A DNA stretch of 64,000 bases from a virus. Below are positions 58,301 to 64,000 of this stretch, in pieces. The notes beneath the pieces were generated by a model. The model did not search any database. It saw only the letters and a list, made by a program, of their open reading frames with translations, and was not told the origin of the DNA. The DNA lies in IMG/VR virus record IMGVR_UViG_3300044634_004833, positions 64,001 through 128,000 of that record; one strand, given 5' to 3'. The position numbers and the translations under genes were made by a program. How positions within the stretch are numbered: position 1 is the first letter of the stretch; each line of letters starts with the position of its first letter.

Positions 58301-59562
58301 GCATTAGAGGTGTTACAACAACAACGACAACTACAACACCAGCACCTACAACTACAACACCAGCACCTACAACTACAACACCAGCACCTACAACGACAAC
58401 GACAACACCAGCACCTACAACGACAACACCAGCACCTACAACGACAACACCAGCACCTACAACTACAACACCAGCACCTACAACTACAACACCAGCACCT
58501 ACAACCACTCCTGCTCCAGCAGGAGGAAGTGGATTGTGGGCATGGGGATTCAACTCTTATGGAATGCTTGGAGATGGGACAGTTGAAAGCAGAAGTAGCC
58601 CAGTGCAAATGTTGACATCATCATTTAATGATATTGCAGATGGCGGATACGCTCAACATGGTGCTGCTGTAAAAGCAGATGGAACTCTTTGGATATGGGG
58701 CAACAATAGCTACGGACAGCTAGGGGATGGAACAACTGTGGCTAAAAGTTCGCCTACTCAAGTTGGAACTGAAAATACTTGGGATGAAGTAGTCAAGGGA
58801 CTCAACACCGCTGCTTCTAAAACAGATGGAAGTTTATGGGGCTGGGGAGGAAACGCATATGGACAACTTGGCATAGGAACAAAAATAAATGTTAGCTCTC
58901 CTGTTCAAATTATGGGCGCATCATCTGGATATTATGATATTACAATATCTGCTGCAAATGCAGCCGTAATAAAGAAAGATGGGACTTTATGGGCATGGGG
59001 ACCTAACAATGATGGAATTTTGGGCACTAATGATAAAATACACAGATCGTCTCCAGTACAAATAGGTTCTGATACAACATGGAGAAATGTTACTTTTACA
59101 GCCTACTCTATGTGTGCAATTAAGTCTGATGGCACTTTATGGAGCTGTGGAAACGGATACAGCGGAGTAACAGGTTTAAATAATACTTTAAACTATAGCT
59201 CCCCAACTCAAATAGGAACAGATAATACATGGAGCTATGTTTTTGCAACCTACTTATTAGTACACGCAATAAAGAACGATGGTTCTCTATGGGTTTGGGG
59301 ACAAGGAGGAGCATCAGAATCTGGAATTACTCGTAGCAGTCCAACTCAGGTAATAACAGGAAAATCATTCAGCAAAGTTGTTTCTGGTATGGCTACCTCT
59401 GCTGGATTGACTACTGATGGAAAACTATGGGCATGGGGACAAAATGCATATGGCTCAATGGGAGAGGCCGCATCTAGTGCCAGTCCAGTAATGTTATTCT
59501 CCGATACCACATGGTCTGATATTTCAGCAATCGCTGCTGGATTCCACGCCACAAAAGCATAG
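55306..59562 (+). CDS. large RCC1/BLIP-II repeat protein with Thr/Pro-rich linkers (putative fibre/adhesin)
   Basis: Two blocks of DGTLWAWG.N..G.LG....RSSPVQ repeats; poly-T/TTTPAP linkers; two beta-rich paralogous domains. Confidence 0.85.
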   Translation: MDYKFELPKQAPNVDLDPIKINGKSLQITGYIETVDPFGNVKISVPKDGQRFNDTPQNLADVMGAINPTPTHYILYNGTQGLTDYQLQLGTEQSYAYDPVITYTTDGDYKVKVITCADAEGINKIIYNSSLVPEKCLFDALSDVVDLGYKLRLMSPDYASAGATTELICEYFLFRGYSFSVKSTVDVWITTSQFASSWIYPGPNPNKPTRFLNKPSVLPQGATTTTTTTTTSTTTTTTSAPISTSTTTTAAPGAGGRLPLPGNSLSYNGVTLTGSGSGSNYAAPFTYCSVSMPANSMILGNAGSGTYTLTFSLPVNNIQILGSGQNFGETFTFSVNNGTLTTSLMPGIGCNATLTGNTVGNSSVGSFGATLASTSDYTSLSITFPGGGGGTLFSVIESSVVSGATTTTPVPTTTTTTTPAPTTTTPVPTTTTTPAPAVSTGLPLIGTSSVINGVTLTASGVGTSYSSPWSSCSPPISITAPCLFLGRAIGTYTVSFDSLQNDIVIFANASDTGESFDFGVDSGTLSISVVQSCGVTVSGTTVSSVGANVGWVIRLTSTTPYSQITIYSGAVTSGSLFGIYASSIVPGAVVTTTTPIPTTTTTTTTTTTPEPTTTTTTTTPAPTTTTTTTTTTTTTTTTTTTTTTTTPAPDQAYSLFGWGEGNLGNNRSAGAQSPTQTVSGGTNWGTPPKCSYAQHYAILKKDATLWAWGTNSAGELGNNTTTNRSSPIQIAAPAGVTWNAVNMGYQTTFVIDTTGALWGWGKNNFGQLGISTTINVSSPVQISADTTWSSIVAGNFATYAIKKNGTLWAFGYNVQGQIGDGTIVNKSSPVQIGSDTTWSQITAGQGHALSIKSDGTLWAWGAGSNGSLGNGTITHRSSPIQIGTDNTWSLIQSTGFGGAALKTDGSLWCWGGNTNGALGDGTTVHRSSPIQIGSDTNWTDIAGGQYSVVALKSDKSLWHWGYGGAMGIGVNSARSSPVQTLKADTLWISIGSSLRNFFCIRGVTTTTTTTTPAPTTTTPAPTTTTPAPTTTTTTPAPTTTTPAPTTTTPAPTTTTPAPTTTTPAPTTTPAPAGGSGLWAWGFNSYGMLGDGTVESRSSPVQMLTSSFNDIADGGYAQHGAAVKADGTLWIWGNNSYGQLGDGTTVAKSSPTQVGTENTWDEVVKGLNTAASKTDGSLWGWGGNAYGQLGIGTKINVSSPVQIMGASSGYYDITISAANAAVIKKDGTLWAWGPNNDGILGTNDKIHRSSPVQIGSDTTWRNVTFTAYSMCAIKSDGTLWSCGNGYSGVTGLNNTLNYSSPTQIGTDNTWSYVFATYLLVHAIKNDGSLWVWGQGGASESGITRSSPTQVITGKSFSKVVSGMATSAGLTTDGKLWAWGQNAYGSMGEAASSASPVMLFSDTTWSDISAIAAGFHATKA
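58327..58506 (+). repeat. imperfect 21-bp tandem repeat (TTTPAPT)
   Basis: acaactacaacaccagcacct units; related Thr tracts near 55970-56075, 56515-56615 and 57075-57250. Confidence 0.85.
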
Positions 59563-59569
59563 CCTTTAG

Positions 59570-59598
59570 CTCCCGCATGAAATTCATGCGGGAGTTTT
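59570..59598 (+). terminator. intrinsic terminator
   Basis: ctcccgcatga-aat-tcatgcgggag-tttt after the RCC1 gene. Confidence 0.75.
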
Positions 59599-59648
59599 AG
59601 TTACAATTTTTTTGATTTGCCCCTATCATTTGGGCAGGAGATCAAAAC

Positions 59649-60245
59649 ATGCTTAGAACTACGATTCTTTCTTTTTTAGTGTTTTTAATTATGGTTAGCG
59701 ATCCAACCATTGCGAAAGCTGGTTGAGGCGCACCAAGCTTGCCCCGGTCGGGGTATATGCCAATTCAAATCACACAAACTCAATTAGAAATACTTGAAAT
59801 AGATAGAAAAGCAAGAGCTATTGCTCATACTATGTACGCTGAAAACAATGAAGAACAAATAGAACTATCTGTCAAAAGCTCCGATAAAATACATCGTATT
59901 GCTGCCGTTTTTTATTATCAACAAAAAATGGACCCTAATCCATGTTTGCTTAATCTTCTTGCAGATCAAGATCCATTAGTTGTTGAAGCAGCACATATCG
60001 CATGTATTATTATTGCAAACAATAAAAAACACAAAGATTTTAACAAGTATCCCAAAGGACATTTAATCGACTTTGGACCTTGGTTAAATAGACTCAACAA
60101 CCAAAGCGAAGGCACAGGAGCCAGACAAGAAGCTATTGATATGTGGCAATCCCACTTTGATAAAATACTTAAAAACAAAAAAGAAATTGAAGATAAGCCA
60201 AAAGAAGAAAAGAAAAGTGTAGAAGAAATTCTTAGAATTAAATGA
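59649..60245 (+). CDS. secreted HEAT-like repeat protein with in-frame TGA (candidate selenoprotein, Sec26)
   Basis: Promoter-like CCCC-TATCAT, SD AGGAG, ATG 59649, signal peptide ending AKA, TGA 59724-59726 in frame with the 59739 ORF, SECIS-like hairpin 59740-59755. Confidence 0.72.
59740..59755 (+). promoter_or_regulatory. bacterial SECIS-like element
   Basis: tgcccc-GGTC-ggggta; 19 nt separate the TGA from the loop. Confidence 0.65.
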
Positions 60246-60249
60246 AGAC

Positions 60250-60285
60250 AAAAAAGTACCCCGGTGTTAACCGGGGTACTTTTTT
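60250..60285. terminator. bidirectional intrinsic terminator
   Basis: aaaaaagtaccccggt-gtta-accggggtactttttt between convergent genes. Confidence 0.88.
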
Positions 60286-60292
60286 GTTGCGA

Positions 60293-61012
60293 TCAAGGAC
60301 CTGTTTTAATTACTCCCTTTGTTGATTCTAAGCCATCTATGTTTAAATCCATAAATAAATTATCTTTAGAAAATTTAGCAACTTTAATTTGCTTTTGGCC
60401 ATTTACATATGAAACATAACTTGTAAGTTGTATGGAATTTCCATTTTGATCCAAACTTGTATCTAATCCCATAGGCATTCCCTCATAGCCTCTTCCATTA
60501 GCTATTTGGCTTGAACTAAGACCAGCTTGTGTTTTTAAACCACCAGCCTTGGGAACACACATTCCTGGCATTTTCTGACCTACAAATGTGCCAACAAATG
60601 GTTCTATTGAAGTCCCGCCAGGAATCTGATCGTTAGCACCAGCATCTTGTGTAACATCAACTGTGGTAGGAGGAAGACATAAACAATCACCACAATTTGC
60701 ATCACAATTCCAATCAGATCCACTCCATGTGCATGTGCATGTGCCTTTGCAAGGAGGAGAATTAGTTAAATAAGGATAAGGAGGAGGTGGTGTAGTAATA
60801 ACTCCCGGTGTTGTAGGTGGCGTAGTTGTTACCATAGGTGGCGTAGTTGTCACCATAGGAGGTGTTGTTGTCACCATAGGTGTTGTTGTTGGAGCCATAG
60901 GTGTTGTTGTTGGAGCCGCCGTTGTTCCAAGAGGAGGCGAAGTTGTTGGAGCATCTGTTGTGCCTCCACCTGGACCTACTGTTGTTACTGCTTGCCCGTG
61001 AACATAACTCAT
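60293..61012 (-). CDS. Thr/Pro-rich protein with a Cys-rich module
   Basis: (VTTTPPM)n repeats; CKGTCTCTWSGSDWNCDANCGDCLCLPP. Confidence 0.7.
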   Translation of the reverse strand: MSYVHGQAVTTVGPGGGTTDAPTTSPPLGTTAAPTTTPMAPTTTPMVTTTPPMVTTTPPMVTTTPPTTPGVITTPPPPYPYLTNSPPCKGTCTCTWSGSDWNCDANCGDCLCLPPTTVDVTQDAGANDQIPGGTSIEPFVGTFVGQKMPGMCVPKAGGLKTQAGLSSSQIANGRGYEGMPMGLDTSLDQNGNSIQLTSYVSYVNGQKQIKVAKFSKDNLFMDLNIDGLESTKGVIKTGP

Positions 61013-61088
61013 ATTTTCCCCTTTATATTTTTAAAAACTATAAAATATATATGCATTATTTTTTTAATTGACAAACTCTAATAATCCT

Positions 61089-61715
61089 ATGGTTAACCAT
61101 GAATATAAATTTGTGTATATTCACCCGCCCAAAAATGCGGGAACAAGCATAGAACAGCTTTTCAATTTCCCTAGACCTATGCAACCTCATGATCTAGCAG
61201 ACACATATAAAAAGAAATATCCAGATTATTATTATTGGATTACTATAAGAAATAGTTGGGATAGACTTGTATCAATGTATTATTATAATGAAGGAATATC
61301 TAACAGACTTACATTTAAAGAATTTTGTATGGAAATTGTACATCCTGATGGTAAAAGCGGCATTCCAAACTCTCCCGGCTGGTCACACTACCTTGGCGCT
61401 CATGGACAAATGTACTATTGCTATTATCAAGATACAGGTATTTATTGTATAGATTTTTATGTTAATACATGGTGCATGAAAGAACAATTACCAATTCTAT
61501 TTGATAGATTAAATATAAACAAAAACATTCTTAATAACGTTCCCTATATTAATACAACAAAGCACAAAGACTACAGAGAAGAATACGATGAAGAATCTAA
61601 AGAAGCTTGTTATTTAAGATACCAAAGAGAAATAGATCATTTCGGTTTTGATTTTGACGATCCTAAAAAAACCAAACCATTCGTTGGAATAGACTTGTCT
61701 GGCATGAAAGTTTAG
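61089..61715 (+). CDS. sulfotransferase family 2-like protein
   Basis: FVYIHPPKNAGTSI, IRNSWDRLVSMY, EIDHFGF. Confidence 0.85.
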   Translation: MVNHEYKFVYIHPPKNAGTSIEQLFNFPRPMQPHDLADTYKKKYPDYYYWITIRNSWDRLVSMYYYNEGISNRLTFKEFCMEIVHPDGKSGIPNSPGWSHYLGAHGQMYYCYYQDTGIYCIDFYVNTWCMKEQLPILFDRLNINKNILNNVPYINTTKHKDYREEYDEESKEACYLRYQREIDHFGFDFDDPKKTKPFVGIDLSGMKV

Positions 61716-61744
61716 TTATACTGAGCTCAATTAGGAGACCAGCC

Positions 61745-62083
61745 ATGAACAAAGCTATATTTAATTTACAAGAATGCACGATACGAATTGAAAAAGGATT
61801 AATTATTATACAATCAACAAAGCCTCTCTCACACGTCCCAGAAGAATTTTATCCCTTTGATATTATTGAAGATAAAAACATTGATGATTTAATCAGACAA
61901 ATTGTCGGAAAAGAACCACAAGGCACTCTTAAAGATCTACCTAAGTTAACAACCGATGATAAATTTTGGTTTATGTCAGATGAAGAACTATTAAAAGTGT
62001 TTGAAGAAGATATTCAATATAAAAAATATTATAAACAACCTACAAAATTTCCAAACTTTAGTGTTATTGCGCCAAAAGACTAA
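61745..62083 (+). CDS. hypothetical protein
   Basis: SD AGGAG. Confidence 0.6.
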   Translation: MNKAIFNLQECTIRIEKGLIIIQSTKPLSHVPEEFYPFDIIEDKNIDDLIRQIVGKEPQGTLKDLPKLTTDDKFWFMSDEELLKVFEEDIQYKKYYKQPTKFPNFSVIAPKD

Positions 62084-63999
62084 AAGCCACGCAAAGCTTT
62101 TTGCTTGAGTTTGTTGAATTCATTCGGCAAATCTTTTCTCAAAATTTGCACGAATTTTTCCAACGATTTAAATGCTGCCATAGAATCAAAACCTTCTCGA
62201 TCAGTCTGAGGATGCAAATCAAACTGTAATTCTAATTCAATTTTTATTTCAGGTAACCTAGCTTTTGGATTTTTACTATAATCCTCATAATATTTTTTAA
62301 TTAGAGGGCTATTAGTTTTTAGTTCAGCTATGTCAAGGTTTACATCAAACTTCATGTTTGGAAATTGTGTTGCATCATTCCTTGCTAATTCAAGTTTTTC
62401 TTCAACTAAGATAGTCATTTCGCTTTTAAGTGTCTCTCCAGAATTATCAAACTTTATATTTCTGTAAAATAAGTCTTCTTGAGTACCAAAAATATTAGAT
62501 GGAACAGAAAATCCGCCTTGTTTATTTACTAAACCATATAAATCACCAACTAAAATTGGTGGAACTTCTACTTTGAAAGCATCATTATAAGCAGAACCAT
62601 AGCCAGAACGCCCTGCATTTCTAGTAGAACGACTATGTCTTACTTTAATGTCCGCAGATTTCTGAATAATACTTTTTGATTCTATTATATCAGCACTTTC
62701 CAAAGCTTTTAATAAGATGTCTGGAACCTTTTCAATATCTCTGTCAAAAATATCCATTGCATCAAAAAATCGTTCAGCTTCCTGCAAGTCAGCAGTTTGA
62801 TCATCTGGCCTACCTTTTCTAAAAGATAATTTGAAACAAAGAGATTCATGCTCAATTGTTAATGCAAATCTCTCTCTCATAGGAGACAAATTATTCATGC
62901 TTCTATAATCTAAAAGATTATTTAATATTTGATCTAATTCATCCATTTTATCAACCAAATAATTATTAGGCACATTCTCAGACAAAATGGGGAAATCACT
63001 TGCTGGTATTAGTAATTTAATTGAATTTAGTGGAAAACAATGCTGATAATTAACAGTAAGTTTTTCCACAAATTCATTTGGCAATTCAGTAGAAGGCACT
63101 ATTATGAGTTGTAATTTGTAGCTAAGATTATGATCTTCCCAGTTTCCCCTTATTCTGTTTGCTAATTCTTGTTGCGACATAGTACTGATAGCAACATCTG
63201 ACTGATCATTTGTTTCATCTGTATCCTCACCCCTAACTTTACCTACAAGGTCAAAAGAAGGAATATTAAAATATTTGGAAAGTATGTTTTCACTACTAGA
63301 GTCTGAAACTCCTCCATGTAATGTAACTTTACTCAAATTTTTATCAAAATCACCAACATCATGATTATTTTCTGTAGCCCAAGACCTCATAACATTATAA
63401 TACTTGTCATTCACATGAGAACCACTCTTCTCTCTTAAATATACTTTTGTTTCTGGAACTAATATCTTTTTGTCATTTACAGTAAAACTACGCAGACGAA
63501 TTCTTTCTATTGGCTTAATTCCTCTTACTCCACGACATTTGTCCTCAAAAATTTCATCTGCATCTAAATCCACTCCTTCTAAATCGTCTGTATTAACCAA
63601 ATATGAAACAATTCCACCAGTCCTAGCTTCAGATTGTGCAGATTTCCAATAACCTCTATTGGGGGAATGACAACTTGATGAATCTTCAAAATCAGACATC
63701 CTTACAATGTCTATTGGCTTTCTACTTATTACGACACTCTCTGGCAATTTATCAGGCTTTGGAACCTCTTGCCCTGTTTCAAATATTCTCAGTAATTGTT
63801 TGTAGTCTTGGTTATTAGGGCTTTTGTTTATCAAATTCTGCAAAAATCTACCTAGTTTAATAACTTGGTCTTTTTCACCTTGTTGTGTTACTGTTTTTTG
63901 AGTGACTTTCTTGTTGGCCCAATCAATCTTAACATTATCCTGATTTTCAATTTGCTTCAGTATGTCCTTGTCTTTACCATATGGTATGACAATTCTATC
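62080..63999 (-). CDS. large phage protein, 5'-truncated by the window edge
   Basis: Frame stays open to the window end; VVISRKPIDIVRMSDF...SCHSP motif. Confidence 0.75.
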   Translation of the reverse strand, partial: DRIVIPYGKDKDILKQIENQDNVKIDWANKKVTQKTVTQQGEKDQVIKLGRFLQNLINKSPNNQDYKQLLRIFETGQEVPKPDKLPESVVISRKPIDIVRMSDFEDSSSCHSPNRGYWKSAQSEARTGGIVSYLVNTDDLEGVDLDADEIFEDKCRGVRGIKPIERIRLRSFTVNDKKILVPETKVYLREKSGSHVNDKYYNVMRSWATENNHDVGDFDKNLSKVTLHGGVSDSSSENILSKYFNIPSFDLVGKVRGEDTDETNDQSDVAISTMSQQELANRIRGNWEDHNLSYKLQLIIVPSTELPNEFVEKLTVNYQHCFPLNSIKLLIPASDFPILSENVPNNYLVDKMDELDQILNNLLDYRSMNNLSPMRERFALTIEHESLCFKLSFRKGRPDDQTADLQEAERFFDAMDIFDRDIEKVPDILLKALESADIIESKSIIQKSADIKVRHSRSTRNAGRSGYGSAYNDAFKVEVPPILVGDLYGLVNKQGGFSVPSNIFGTQEDLFYRNIKFDNSGETLKSEMTILVEEKLELARNDATQFPNMKFDVNLDIAELKTNSPLIKKYYEDYSKNPKARLPEIKIELELQFDLHPQTDREGFDSMAAFKSLEKFVQILRKDLPNEFNKLKQKALRGF

Positions 64000-64000
64000 T

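Noticed and set aside
30445-58506. Short tandem repeats as a CRISPR array
   Set aside because: Units are 15-21 bp, contiguous, in-frame coding repeats without unique spacers; no cas genes
55900-58615. Poly-V, poly-Q/H and Cys/Trp/Arg-rich ORFs in alternative frames
   Set aside because: Shadows of the Thr/Pro codon repeats in the RCC1 gene
57260-59562. RCC1 repeats as a diversity-generating retroelement target
   Set aside because: No reverse transcriptase and no near-identical TR/VR pair seen in this window
59570-59594. Palindrome resembling an IS200/IS605 end
   Set aside because: No tnpA/tnpB nearby; position after a stop codon and T-tail fit a terminator
60250-60295. GC hairpin after the TGA of 60293..61012 as a possible SECIS
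   Set aside because: Symmetric A/T tails between convergent genes make it a bidirectional terminator
1-64000. Genome-wide stop-codon reassignment (TGA=Trp or TAG=Gln) as the explanation for the in-frame TGAs
   Set aside because: Long genes are intact under code 11, Trp is encoded by TGG, and TGA/TAG end many genes at natural C-termini or just before terminators

Overview
AT-rich, gene-dense segment with mixed strand usage, most consistent with a jumbo/huge phage genome using the standard code. No core capsid or terminase genes fall in this window. Several planctomycete-style proteins suggest a Planctomycetota host (inference). Contents: a host-takeover module (csrA, clpX, GGCT, sigma-70) plus two further divergent sigma-like genes; guaC; a Dps-like protein; a PAP2 phosphatase; an ~11 kb sugar-modification/glycosylation island; a UvrD-like helicase; a DEDDh exonuclease; tRNA-Arg(TCT); a Pol-beta-like nucleotidyltransferase; endonuclease VII; and a large Thr-rich RCC1-repeat protein. 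Many genes carry a T4 capsid-targeting-like 'F-x-[EQK]-[WFY]' motif. Top observations: (1) two genes missed or mis-started by the ORF track contain in-frame TGA codons followed by SECIS-like hairpins, so they are candidate phage selenoproteins (59649..60245 and 4120..4263); (2) a six-gene defence-like operon (2 x N4/N6 MTase, ParB-like, SNF2 helicase, DUF3883 nuclease, degenerate BglII-like protein; 45543..52717); (3) three promoter-like motif classes with fixed spacing, including CTGCGATAA-N14-CTAGT and leaderless late TAAATA-N4-ATG, plus start-codon-occluding hairpins. All family assignments come from motif recognition by eye; no database searches were run.
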